A program made the position numbers and the translations under genes. The notes under the pieces were generated by a model, which was not told the DNA's origin, did not search any database, and worked only from the letters and a program-made list of their open reading frames with translations. A stretch of DNA of 37,483 nt from a virus (Duplodnaviria; Caudoviricetes), in IMG/VR virus record IMGVR_UViG_3300046490_000013, positions 1 to 37,483 of that record. One strand, written 5' to 3'. Below, in pieces: positions 8,244 through 16,948 of this stretch (the first letter of the stretch is position 1; each line of letters begins with the position of its first letter).

Positions 8244-9071
8244 ATGGCAATCACGCACTTTATCCCCGAGCTTTGGGCCGCTGAGATGCTCGAACAGTGG
8301 AACGCGGTCAACGTGTGGGCACCGCTCACCAACCGCCAGTACGAGGGCACCCTGTCGCGCGGCAACACCGTGCACATCACCGGCGTCGTTCCTCCCACGG
8401 TGAAGGACTACAAGGCCAACTCGCGGACCACGTCCGCCGAGGCGATCTCCGACACCACGATCAATCTCGTTGTGGATCAAGAGAAGTCGACCGACTTCTA
8501 TGTCGATGACATCGACCGCGCACAGGCCGCCGGCTCGCTCGCGAGCTACACGCAGGCTGCCGGATACGCGATGGCCGAGGACACCGATAAGTTCATCGCC
8601 AACCTGGCGGTGACCGGCGGCACCACGCTGACCGGATCGGCACCCACCACGGGCGACGATGCGTTCAACCTCATCCGCGATGCGCGCAAGCTGCTCAACA
8701 AGGCCAACGTGCCGTCCGATGGCCGCATCACCGTGGTCAACGCCGAGTTCGAAGCCCTTCTGCTGGGCGCGAATTCGAAGCTGACGACCGCCTACGCTGC
8801 CGGCGATGCGCCGTCCGCGGGTCTGCGGAACGCCACCATCGGCAACCTGCTGGGCACCCAGGTGATCACCTCGAATCACCTTCCGGCAGTGAACCATCCG
8901 CAGTTCGTGCAGTTCTCGATCCGCGCTCTGGCGTTCGTCAGCCAGATCGACCAGGTCGAGGCGATGCGTTCGCAGGACAAGTTCGCCGACCGCCTTCGTG
9001 CGCTGCATGTGTACGGCGGCAAGGTGATTCGTCCCGCCGGCATCGTCGTGTTCAACCCCAGCGGCTCGTAA
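8244..9071 (+). CDS. Major capsid protein
   Basis: 275 aa. MAITHFIPELWAA, GNTVHI, FYVDDIDRAQ and DRLRALHVYGGKVIRP motifs typical of one actinophage capsid family; follows scaffold. Confidence 0.93.
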   Translation: MAITHFIPELWAAEMLEQWNAVNVWAPLTNRQYEGTLSRGNTVHITGVVPPTVKDYKANSRTTSAEAISDTTINLVVDQEKSTDFYVDDIDRAQAAGSLASYTQAAGYAMAEDTDKFIANLAVTGGTTLTGSAPTTGDDAFNLIRDARKLLNKANVPSDGRITVVNAEFEALLLGANSKLTTAYAAGDAPSAGLRNATIGNLLGTQVITSNHLPAVNHPQFVQFSIRALAFVSQIDQVEAMRSQDKFADRLRALHVYGGKVIRPAGIVVFNPSGS

Positions 9072-9082
9072 GGTCTTGGGGC

Positions 9083-9667
9083 ATGGACGCTTTGGCCACC
9101 GTTGCCGATGTGGCAGCGGCTCTTGGCCTTGGTTTGGATGCTGACGCACTGACCGAGGAACAGCAGGCGCGGGCAATCCCCTTGCTGGCCAAGGTGTCCC
9201 GGCGTTTCCGGCTGGAAGCGCAGCGTCGATTCACGCCGGGCACTTACACGCACTACCTCAAGATCTTCGCGGGCGCAGTGAGGCTCGAAGAGATCCCTTC
9301 CGAGGTGATCAGCGTGGAAGTGCCTGGCGTGGACGATGTTTCGTACTCGCTGGTGCAGAACTGGATCACGTTCGATGACTACTGGCTGCCCGAGTACACC
9401 GGCAAGACCGCGGCGGTCACCTACAAGTGGACTGCTCTGGTGCCTGCCGATGTGGTGGCGACGGTGGCCGACATCGTGGCGCGCAATCTGACTGTCGACC
9501 CGAATTCCGTTGTCGCGCAGTCGAAAGCACTCACCGCGGGCCGGCAGTACAGCCAGGACGTGGCCGACTGGGTGTCCACCGGACAGGTGGGTATGAACGA
9601 CGACGACATCATGGTGGCGAAAAGCTACCGGTATCCCGCGCCGCCGTCGATTGTGTTGCACCCATGA
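9083..9667 (+). CDS. Head-to-tail adaptor
   Basis: 194 aa. LATVADVAAALG start and VPADVVATVADIVAR; follows capsid. Confidence 0.8.
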   Translation: MDALATVADVAAALGLGLDADALTEEQQARAIPLLAKVSRRFRLEAQRRFTPGTYTHYLKIFAGAVRLEEIPSEVISVEVPGVDDVSYSLVQNWITFDDYWLPEYTGKTAAVTYKWTALVPADVVATVADIVARNLTVDPNSVVAQSKALTAGRQYSQDVADWVSTGQVGMNDDDIMVAKSYRYPAPPSIVLHP

Positions 9668-10014
9668 CCTTTCCGACGCCGTACCTCGCCCAGCATTACC
9701 CGTACACCGGAGATCCCGCGGTGGTGGACGAGATCGGCAACGTGCTCGACACCTGGGCCGAAAGGCCGAAACCTGTTGCCATTCAAGGCTGGGAGACTAC
9801 GGTTACCGAGCGTCTGGGCAACAGCGAGCAGGGAGAGATCATCAACGCCGTCTGTCAGGCACCGCCTGACTGGGTGCCGGGAATCCATGATCGCGTCCAG
9901 TTGCCCGACGGCCTGCTCTACGAGGTCATCGGAATCAACTACTGCACCAACGGTTTTCACGGCTGGCGACCCGGTAACGAGATCCTGTTCAAGCGAGCGA
10001 CGGGCATCATCTGA
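9664..10014 (+). CDS. Head-to-tail stopper
   Basis: ATG at 9664 (ATGA overlap). MTFPTPY...DEIGN...DRVQLP...YEVIG...GFHGWRPG motifs. Confidence 0.8.
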   Translation: MTFPTPYLAQHYPYTGDPAVVDEIGNVLDTWAERPKPVAIQGWETTVTERLGNSEQGEIINAVCQAPPDWVPGIHDRVQLPDGLLYEVIGINYCTNGFHGWRPGNEILFKRATGII

Positions 10015-10430
10015 TGGTCAGGGCACCGCAGACCAACAGCATCGTCTGGGACGAGGCCGGCTGGGACGAGCTTCTCAAGGGAATCGTCAAGTCGCAGTTG
10101 GAACCTCGCGCCAAGCGCATCGCCGACGCCTGCAACGAACACGTCAAGGCTCATGCAGAGGCGACACTCGCGGCAGGCGACAACCTCGATGCTCCCAACA
10201 TCCTTGGCAAGCGCAAGGCGAACGCCAGCGAGGTGTCGGCTATCCGCAGGCTCGAACACGCGGGGCCGGCTGAAGGCAAGGATGACTACATGGTCGACAC
10301 GGAAGGCTCGAATCCGTTGAGACTCAACGACTATCGGGCTACCGTGATCACTGTGAGCGAGAGGGCGAAGGCGGATAACGCCCGTAGTCACACGCTCGTG
10401 ACGAATCTTCACCTGGGAGGTGGCGAGTAG
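10014..10430 (+). CDS. Neck / tail-completion region hypothetical protein
   Basis: 138 aa between stopper and terminator; RATVIT...A..DNARSHTL motif seen at this position in actinophages. Confidence 0.7.
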   Translation: MVRAPQTNSIVWDEAGWDELLKGIVKSQLEPRAKRIADACNEHVKAHAEATLAAGDNLDAPNILGKRKANASEVSAIRRLEHAGPAEGKDDYMVDTEGSNPLRLNDYRATVITVSERAKADNARSHTLVTNLHLGGGE

Positions 10431-10846
10431 TGGCCACCATCGACGTGCCCGACACAGGCTACTTCGAATACCTCCCGCTCGTCCTGCGCGACGAGCTTCT
10501 CACCCGTTTACCCTCCGATGTTGTTGTGGCAACGATGATTCCAGAGGTAGTGCCGCCGAGGCTGGTACTCCTGCTGAGCGTCCCTGCCAACGGAGATATG
10601 AACCTCGCCCTGTCGACCCGGCGTTGCATCATCGAATGCCGTGACAGGACAGAGGTTCTCACTGGCCGACTCGCCGAAAAGGTGCGCGGCTTCTTGGTGG
10701 ATGCAATGTATCGGCCTGGCAACGGTATTCGCGATGTGAACATCATCGGTGAACCAGCCATCTATGTAAACCCCGACGACCCGTCGAACACACCTCGCGC
10801 AACGCTCACGGTGGATGTATTACTGAGGGCTACCCACGCTCTCTAG
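10430..10846 (+). CDS. Tail terminator
   Basis: 138 aa directly before major tail; PDDP..PRATLTVDVLLR C-terminus. Confidence 0.75.
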   Translation: MATIDVPDTGYFEYLPLVLRDELLTRLPSDVVVATMIPEVVPPRLVLLLSVPANGDMNLALSTRRCIIECRDRTEVLTGRLAEKVRGFLVDAMYRPGNGIRDVNIIGEPAIYVNPDDPSNTPRATLTVDVLLRATHAL

Positions 10847-10876
10847 CCAAAATCCGCAGACCCCTGCGCTTTTGGT
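10846..10876 (+). promoter_or_regulatory. Stem-loop upstream of the major tail gene (attenuator or mRNA-stabilising hairpin)
   Basis: GCCAAAA-tc-CGCAG-accc-CTGCG-c-TTTTGGT; the inner stem is followed by a short T run. Confidence 0.5.
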
Positions 10877-10894
10877 CATCACGTCCTTGAAACA

Positions 10895-10920
10895 TGGCCG
10901 GTTCCAACGCCTTTGGAGGG
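10895..10920 (+). promoter_or_regulatory. TGGCCGGTTCCA box overlapping a small hairpin that includes the start of the major tail RBS
   Basis: Box at 10895-10906; TCCAA-cgcct-TTGGA (10903-10917) pairs into GGAGGG (10915-10920). Confidence 0.55.
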
Positions 10921-10927
10921 CAGAATA

Positions 10928-11521
10928 ATGAGTGGAACTTCCACCTTGAAGGTCTACGCGGCAGAACCGTTGGCCACTGGGTCAATTCGCGTTGCGCCGC
11001 TGGGCACCGCAGCACCGACCGATGCGACCTCTGTGCTTCCCGGCACCTGGATTGACCTGGGTTACGTCGGCGTCGATGGCTTCGTGGAGAAGAACGAGCG
11101 CAAGACCGACAACAAGCGGTCGTTCGGCGGCAAGATCGTGAAAGTGCTTCAGTCCGAATACAATGCGAGCATCGAACTGACTCTTCTGGAGTCGACCGAC
11201 GCCGACACGCTGAAGGCCGTTTTCGGCTCCAGCAACGTCACCATTGTCGCGGCCACCTCGTCGCACGGCATCCAGATCACGGTGAAGAAGAACAGCAAGC
11301 GTCTTCCTCACCAGTCCTGGGTCATCGATACCGCCGACACCGAGATCGGGGCGTCCTACCGCAATTACGTTGCGGACGGCAAGATTTCGACCGTCGGTGA
11401 CATCAAGATCGTGCACACCGACACCATCGAATACAAGATCACCATCGAGGCGTTCGAGCCGGCGGGTGGCGGCGACAACATCGTCACCTTCATCGATGAC
11501 GGCCAGAAGCTGGCCAGCTAG
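10928..11521 (+). CDS. Major tail protein
   Basis: ATG 10928 after GGAGGG. APLGTAAPTDA...DLGYVGVDG...FGGKIVKVLQSEY...IVHTDTIEYKITIEAF motifs. Confidence 0.93.
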   Translation: MSGTSTLKVYAAEPLATGSIRVAPLGTAAPTDATSVLPGTWIDLGYVGVDGFVEKNERKTDNKRSFGGKIVKVLQSEYNASIELTLLESTDADTLKAVFGSSNVTIVAATSSHGIQITVKKNSKRLPHQSWVIDTADTEIGASYRNYVADGKISTVGDIKIVHTDTIEYKITIEAFEPAGGGDNIVTFIDDGQKLAS

Positions 11522-11525
11522 CAAA

Positions 11526-11615
11526 CTCACGGGCGGGTGTCTCCTGTAACCACCTGGAACCGGCCACGATTCACCCGCCCGTGGGCCGGCTCCAGATCAA
11601 GAAGGGTCCGGTTCC
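11526..11615 (+). promoter_or_regulatory. Structured intergenic element: 12-bp GC stem with a large loop complementary to downstream and distant boxes
   Basis: CACGGGCGGGTG (11528-11539) pairs with CACCCGCCCGTG (11572-11583). Loop contains CCTGGAACCGGCCA (11553-11566). GGCCGGCTCCAG (11584-11595) and CCGGTTCC (11608-11615) follow. Confidence 0.7.
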
Positions 11616-11618
11616 GAA

Positions 11619-11924
11619 TTGTTCACTTACACAACCGAATTCGAGGGCGAAGAGGTCGACATCGTCCTGCGTCCTTTCGGTGAGATGCCCGGCAGGATCT
11701 CGCGCCTGCATCGCGGCGATGTCGAGTCCCAGATGTGGGAAGCGTTCGAGTGGGGTCTGAAGGACTCGAAACAGCTTGCCATCATTGACGAGATGCCGAT
11801 GTCGGAGATCACCGACATGCTGTCGAAGTGGCAGGTCGACGCCGGGACAGACCTGGGAAAATCGCGTCCCTCCTCGACTACATCGAGGACGAAGACCACA
11901 GGGGCGCGCTCGAAGCTGACTTGA
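11619..11924 (+). CDS. Tail assembly chaperone (short form, gpG-like)
   Basis: 101 aa between major tail and tape measure; contains the slippery site at ...DLGK. Confidence 0.88.
   Translation: MFTYTTEFEGEEVDIVLRPFGEMPGRISRLHRGDVESQMWEAFEWGLKDSKQLAIIDEMPMSEITDMLSKWQVDAGTDLGKSRPSSTTSRTKTTGARSKLT
11855..11861 (+). other. Programmed -1 ribosomal frameshift site GGGAAAA
   Basis: CTG GGA AAA TCG in the chaperone frame; the -1 frame reads GGG AAA ATC GCG (GKIASLL...) and stays open to 12304. This is the canonical G/GT slippery heptamer. Confidence 0.9.
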
Positions 11925-12304
11925 TCAAAGCTGGTCTGCGCCTTCGTGATTGCCCATCGCCGGGATTCACATGGCGCGACTTGCAGGTCTTCATCGAGTA
12001 CCTCGACAACGACTCGTGTCTGGTTGCCGCCGTGTACCCAGATCGCGCCGGCTGGACGAAGCAGAACATGCTGCTCGCGTACCTCATCGACACTGCCCGA
12101 ATTCACTTGTGGCTCAACACAAAAGACGGGCATGAGAGGCGCAACTTCCCCGAGCCGATTGACCGACCGGGCATCGTGAAACCCGAGCCGCGCAAGGGTT
12201 CTAAGGTAAAACCGTTGCCTCTGAGTAAGATCAGAGAGATTCACGGCGCACAGCCAACCGGTGTCGAGCGGAAACGCAAGCTAGAGGCGATCTTTCGCAA
12301 TTGA
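11855..12304 (+). CDS. Tail assembly chaperone, frameshifted C-terminal part (gpGT-like, fused to the 11619 start)
   Basis: GALEADLI..GLRLRD...FTWRDL..F...W...NMLLA...P.PIDRPG motifs; no separate strong start. Confidence 0.88.
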   Translation, partial: GKIASLLDYIEDEDHRGALEADLIKAGLRLRDCPSPGFTWRDLQVFIEYLDNDSCLVAAVYPDRAGWTKQNMLLAYLIDTARIHLWLNTKDGHERRNFPEPIDRPGIVKPEPRKGSKVKPLPLSKIREIHGAQPTGVERKRKLEAIFRN

Positions 12305-12318
12305 GAGGACGAGATCCG

Positions 12319-15300
12319 TTGGCCAAGAAGGGATCTGGTGGCACGGGCGGTGCCCACCTCGCGTCCGGTTACATCTCGCTGTCGGTCAAGTACGCATCGG
12401 CGATGGGTCAGATCGCCAGCGACTTCGACACCATCGACAAGCGCGCCAAGTCGACCGGCGAGAGCATCACCAAGAACCTCGTTGCCGGCGCGGACAAGGC
12501 GAAAGCCCAAGTGCAGGAACTGGGTTCGGCCTACGAGGCGCAGAAATCCAAGGTGGCCGCGCTCAAGGCCGAGGTTCAGCAATTGCAGGCCGTGCAGGAA
12601 CGCGCCGCCGCTGCGGAGAGGGCCGGTGCCGACGCCCGGCGGGTCTACGCGGAGCAGCAGCACGCCAATACCCAACGGTCAGTGACACTTCAGGAGCAGT
12701 TGAACGCAGCCGTCGCGAAGGTCCGCGACTCGATGGGCGGCAAGAAAGCCGACGGCGATGCCGTTGCCGCTGCGGTCAAGGAGAACGCCGCCGTCCAGGC
12801 CATCTACAAGCAGCAGGCTGCTCTGGAAGCCAAGCGCAAGAAGGACTTACAGGATGTCACCCGCGCTGAGAAGGAAGCCGGGGCGGCGCGTTCGGCATCC
12901 GCTGGCGATGGCGGCAAGGCGCAGCAGACTCTCAACGCAGAGCTTGCCAAGGGCAAGGAATTGCAGGAGCAGTACTCCAAGGCCGTTCAGGACGCCACCC
13001 GCAAGCAGGAGTTGGCCACCGTCGCGGAGCGTGACGCCGCAGCGCAGATGGAGAAGAACCGGACCCTTGGGCAGCGCATCGCGTCCGCTGTCGCCGGCCC
13101 GTTCGCACCGCAGCTTCAGCAGGCAGGTAGCAAGGCGGCCATAGCTTTTCGCAATGCCTTCAACCGCGACATGGCACCGGCGAAGGTCGAGTCTGAGCAT
13201 CACGCCAGGAACATCGCATCCGGTCTGCTGATGGGCATGACACCTCAGTTCCTGGGCGCAGCCGGCGCAGGGCTGGCTATCGGTGCGGCCTTCAAGAAAG
13301 GCTTCTCGATCAACGAGGATGTCGCGACGGCGCAGGTCAAGCTCGAAGCCTTGGGTCATTCGCAGGCTGAGATCAACACCATCATCGCCGATTCCCAAAA
13401 GGCTGTCGCCGGAACGTCTTACGAGTTCGCCGATGCGATGAACGCATCGGTGGTGGCGATGGCGGCTGGCGTCAAGCCCGGTCAGGAGATGGAGCGGCAT
13501 CTCAAGAACGTCGCGAATATCTCTGCGCTGACGGGTGATTCATACGATTCGGTGTCCGAGACGCTGAATCGAGTCAACGCCTACCAAGTGGTGCAGGCAC
13601 GCGACATACGACCGCTGATCTCGAAGAACATCCCTGTGCTGCAATGGCTTCGCGAGTATTACATCAAGCAGACCGGCAATCAGAAGATCTCCATCAACGA
13701 TATCCGCGAGATGATCACCAAGAAGATGATCTCAGCGGACGTGTTCGAACAGGTGCTGTCAGAGAACCTGAGTGGTGTCGCCGAGAAGGTGGGAAGCAAG
13801 ACCGTCGGCGGCGCGATGAAGAACCTGTGGAAGAACGTCGGCGAGGTCACCGCCGCGATGATCCAACCTGTATTCGGTTCCATCCCAAGCCTTCTCAACA
13901 AGATGTCGGCCGGGTTGGGCCACTTCGCCGAATACATCAAACCGAAAATGCAGGCAGCCGTCGACTGGATCAAGAGCGTCTGGGCCAAGGCGTGGCCTTT
14001 CATCTCCGCGCTGTGGGAGAACCAGAAGAAGAACTGGAACATCTTGTGGCAGGACGCAATCAAGGTGTTCGAGTGGTTCCACGAGCGGTGGTCGAAGCTG
14101 TGGCCGCAGATCAAGAGCTACATCGACAAGTTCGTCGCGATGTGGAAGGAGATGTGGCCTCAGTTGATGGATCACGTCAACCCGTTCCTCGCGGCATGGA
14201 AGAGGCTGTGGGACCAGTTGTATCCCATCGTGTCTCCCATCGTGAAAGCCATTGCGGCCATTGTTGGTTGGCTGGCCTACGAGTTCATCAAGCACATGCC
14301 GGCGATCACGCAGTTCGCGACGAATCTGATTCAGTGGATGGGCAACGCGCTGGAGTGGCTGCGTACCAAGTTCTGGCCTTGGCTGAAGGACTCGTGGAAG
14401 CACTTCGTTGAGGATGTGCAGGGCGCGATCAAGACGGTAAAAGACTTCTCGCAGGGCATCATTGACCGTTTCCAGATGGCGAAGGACGGCACCACCGCGA
14501 TCTTCAAGTGGTTCGGTGACCGCATTCAAGACCTGAAGGACGGGTGGACATGGATCAAGGAGCACAACCCATTCGGTGATTCCGGTGCCGGTGGCGTCAA
14601 CCTCACGTCCTCGTCCAGTCCGCTCGTCCAAGGTGCGCCCGGTCCCAACGTGGCGATGCCTGCCGGTCTGATCGATACCGAGGGCAAGCATTCCGGTCCA
14701 CAGGCGAGATACGTTGCGGGACTTGTCATGCAGCAGTTCGGCATCGATCACGTAGGCGGCGCGAGGGCATCGGGCACCGCGAAGAACACGCATGACACGG
14801 GCACGTCGATTGACATTCCTATCGGACCTAGCGCGGAGGAACGCGCCAAGGGCGACAAGATCAACCAATGGCTTCAGGACAACGCGAAAGCCCTTGGCAT
14901 CTACTACACCATCTGGAAGGACAAGGGACTCAACGCCGTTGACAATCCTTCCGGCGGTGCGGGTTCCACGTTCGACGTGTCAGGCCACCAGAACCATATC
15001 GACGTTCACTTCGATGGAAAGACCTTCGCCGCAACAGGTTCCAACGGGCAGAACTACAACATCGCGCCGGCGGCCTCGTCTCATGCGATGAGCGGTCAGG
15101 ACAATCAGCTTGCGGCGGCACTGAAGGCGCGCGGATTCACCGACAGTCAGATCACCGGACTGATCGCACTCAACAACGTCGAGACGGGCAACTGGGCGCA
15201 CCCAGAGTCCATCATGGGATTTACGAATCAGCAGACAGGGCCAGGCATTTCGGCTCACGTCGGAGGGTTCAAGGGGATGTGGGACCGTCGGCAGTCGAGC

Positions 15301-16935
15301 GGTGCGGTGGGCGCAGTCGGATCGGACGAGAGCGGACAGGACGCCAACGGAAATGTGGTGGACCCCAACAAGTTTGCGGCGTGGCTGCTGAAGATGGAGG
15401 GCTACAGCGCAACTCGTGACTGGCAGGGAAACCAGTACGCGCCCGGCCAGTTCTTGGCACCAAGTGCCTACTCCAACAAGGTGGCTGGTGCATACGGCCC
15501 AGCCGGCCCTCCGGTGCGCTCGATTCCTGTTGCGCTGTCAGACTTCTCGACCCCGATGCAGCCCGGTGACCCCGGCTATCGCCCTCCCGGCCAGTCCGCT
15601 CCCCAGACCCTGCCGGATGTGTTGCGCGGCAACGTGTCTCCGGTCTATCCGATCCCCGGCACCGGAACACCCAGTGCGCCACAGACATTGACCGATGTCT
15701 TCCCCATCGACAGCTTCAAGCCTGGCAATATCCTCCAGCCGCCGCCGGGACTGGACGAGGCGTACCAGGCAGACTTCCTGGCGCGCGGGGCGTTCGGCAT
15801 CGCACCGCCGTCCTACGGTGACAGGACTTCATTCAACGCGGGGCCGCAGCGTTCGATGATCAACCAAGTGCCGTGGGCGTTGGGTGTGAACGGCCCGACA
15901 TACAACATGCCGGGAAGCCTCGACTACGGCAACATGGATTCGGGCCTGGGACATAACGCAGCCAACCAGAATCTGCATCGAGGGATCAAGGGGCCGTTGG
16001 GAACTGCCAACGATCCTGTGGTCACCACAGACCCCAAGGTTGCCGACAACACCGACCCCAAGAACCAGCCAGGCGCACCCGACGGCCCTCCGCTGACGCC
16101 ACCTGACGCCGGAAGTTCAAGTGCCGCACCAGGAGCCGGCAGCGCGGCCGGGCAGGGTCTGGGTGGTCCCGCCGTCGGAACCGACGCCAACGGTAATCCT
16201 GTTGACGCGCAAGGCAATCCGGCTAAGGACGCCGCCACGGGCCTGGGCAATGTCGCCTCGAAGGCGTTCTCCGATCAGTTCGCCGGCACTCCGTTCTCCG
16301 ATCCGACGCAGTGGGCCGACGTGAAAAGTGCTGGGGCACTGCTGAGTTTCTTTGGCAGCATGTTGCAGGGCAACGCGGGATCTGGGCTGGGCGCGCTGTT
16401 CGGTCCCGGCAAGAAGGGCGCGACAGACAAGCAGGTCCGCGAAGCCGGCGAGAAGGTCACCGACACACAGACGGCAGTCGATGAGGCGCAGGCGAAGCTC
16501 GACTCGATGTCGGGTCCGCAGTTCACCGACGCGGAGCGTGCTGCTCAGAAAGCCAAGGTGGACAAGGCAATTCGCGAGCACGGTGACGCGGTTACAGACC
16601 AGTCCAGCCTGAAGGGATACACGCAGAGTCCGATCCAGAACATGCTGCCGGGATCGCCGGATGCCTCGCCCGGTGGGCCAACCGGTGGTGGCGCGGTGTC
16701 TCCCGGTGGAGGATGGATGGGTGGCGGTCTGCCGACGGGCCTTGTCCCGCAACCGAATCAGAATCAGACCGACATGCAGTGGGCCGACGGCAACAGCGGC
16801 GGGGATACCAACATCAACCTGACCACCAACCAGGAGGTCACCGGAGATCCGGTGCAGGCCAACGACATGGCGAACCGGCAGCAGTCCACTACTCTGCGCT
16901 CTCCACTTCAGACCATCAAGCCACTTGGATCATAG
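12319..16935 (+). CDS. Tape measure protein with C-terminal peptidase-like and lysozyme-like domains
   Basis: About 1540 aa; TTG 12319 preferred (GAGGA upstream), track start 12301. LASGYISL N-terminal motif, long coiled coil, Trp-rich amphipathic repeats, then globular inserts. Confidence 0.93.
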   Translation: MAKKGSGGTGGAHLASGYISLSVKYASAMGQIASDFDTIDKRAKSTGESITKNLVAGADKAKAQVQELGSAYEAQKSKVAALKAEVQQLQAVQERAAAAERAGADARRVYAEQQHANTQRSVTLQEQLNAAVAKVRDSMGGKKADGDAVAAAVKENAAVQAIYKQQAALEAKRKKDLQDVTRAEKEAGAARSASAGDGGKAQQTLNAELAKGKELQEQYSKAVQDATRKQELATVAERDAAAQMEKNRTLGQRIASAVAGPFAPQLQQAGSKAAIAFRNAFNRDMAPAKVESEHHARNIASGLLMGMTPQFLGAAGAGLAIGAAFKKGFSINEDVATAQVKLEALGHSQAEINTIIADSQKAVAGTSYEFADAMNASVVAMAAGVKPGQEMERHLKNVANISALTGDSYDSVSETLNRVNAYQVVQARDIRPLISKNIPVLQWLREYYIKQTGNQKISINDIREMITKKMISADVFEQVLSENLSGVAEKVGSKTVGGAMKNLWKNVGEVTAAMIQPVFGSIPSLLNKMSAGLGHFAEYIKPKMQAAVDWIKSVWAKAWPFISALWENQKKNWNILWQDAIKVFEWFHERWSKLWPQIKSYIDKFVAMWKEMWPQLMDHVNPFLAAWKRLWDQLYPIVSPIVKAIAAIVGWLAYEFIKHMPAITQFATNLIQWMGNALEWLRTKFWPWLKDSWKHFVEDVQGAIKTVKDFSQGIIDRFQMAKDGTTAIFKWFGDRIQDLKDGWTWIKEHNPFGDSGAGGVNLTSSSSPLVQGAPGPNVAMPAGLIDTEGKHSGPQARYVAGLVMQQFGIDHVGGARASGTAKNTHDTGTSIDIPIGPSAEERAKGDKINQWLQDNAKALGIYYTIWKDKGLNAVDNPSGGAGSTFDVSGHQNHIDVHFDGKTFAATGSNGQNYNIAPAASSHAMSGQDNQLAAALKARGFTDSQITGLIALNNVETGNWAHPESIMGFTNQQTGPGISAHVGGFKGMWDRRQSSGAVGAVGSDESGQDANGNVVDPNKFAAWLLKMEGYSATRDWQGNQYAPGQFLAPSAYSNKVAGAYGPAGPPVRSIPVALSDFSTPMQPGDPGYRPPGQSAPQTLPDVLRGNVSPVYPIPGTGTPSAPQTLTDVFPIDSFKPGNILQPPPGLDEAYQADFLARGAFGIAPPSYGDRTSFNAGPQRSMINQVPWALGVNGPTYNMPGSLDYGNMDSGLGHNAANQNLHRGIKGPLGTANDPVVTTDPKVADNTDPKNQPGAPDGPPLTPPDAGSSSAAPGAGSAAGQGLGGPAVGTDANGNPVDAQGNPAKDAATGLGNVASKAFSDQFAGTPFSDPTQWADVKSAGALLSFFGSMLQGNAGSGLGALFGPGKKGATDKQVREAGEKVTDTQTAVDEAQAKLDSMSGPQFTDAERAAQKAKVDKAIREHGDAVTDQSSLKGYTQSPIQNMLPGSPDASPGGPTGGGAVSPGGGWMGGGLPTGLVPQPNQNQTDMQWADGNSGGDTNINLTTNQEVTGDPVQANDMANRQQSTTLRSPLQTIKPLGS

Positions 16936-16948
16936 GGGCACAACGACA

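Noticed and set aside
7860-9176. Long minus-strand ORFs opposite structural genes (also 906..1910, 3022..3933, 5654..6844, 13759..14868)
   Set aside because: Antisense shadows typical of high-GC coding DNA; the plus-strand genes have clear phage motifs and coupling.
11526-11585. Simple intrinsic terminator after the major tail gene
   Set aside because: The 32-nt loop and absence of a T tract do not fit a standard terminator; treated as a structured regulatory element, though partial termination is not excluded.
15595-15702. Small duplication SAPQTLPDVL / SAPQTLTDVF in the tape measure
   Set aside because: Two copies in a Pro-rich linker; no evidence of function.
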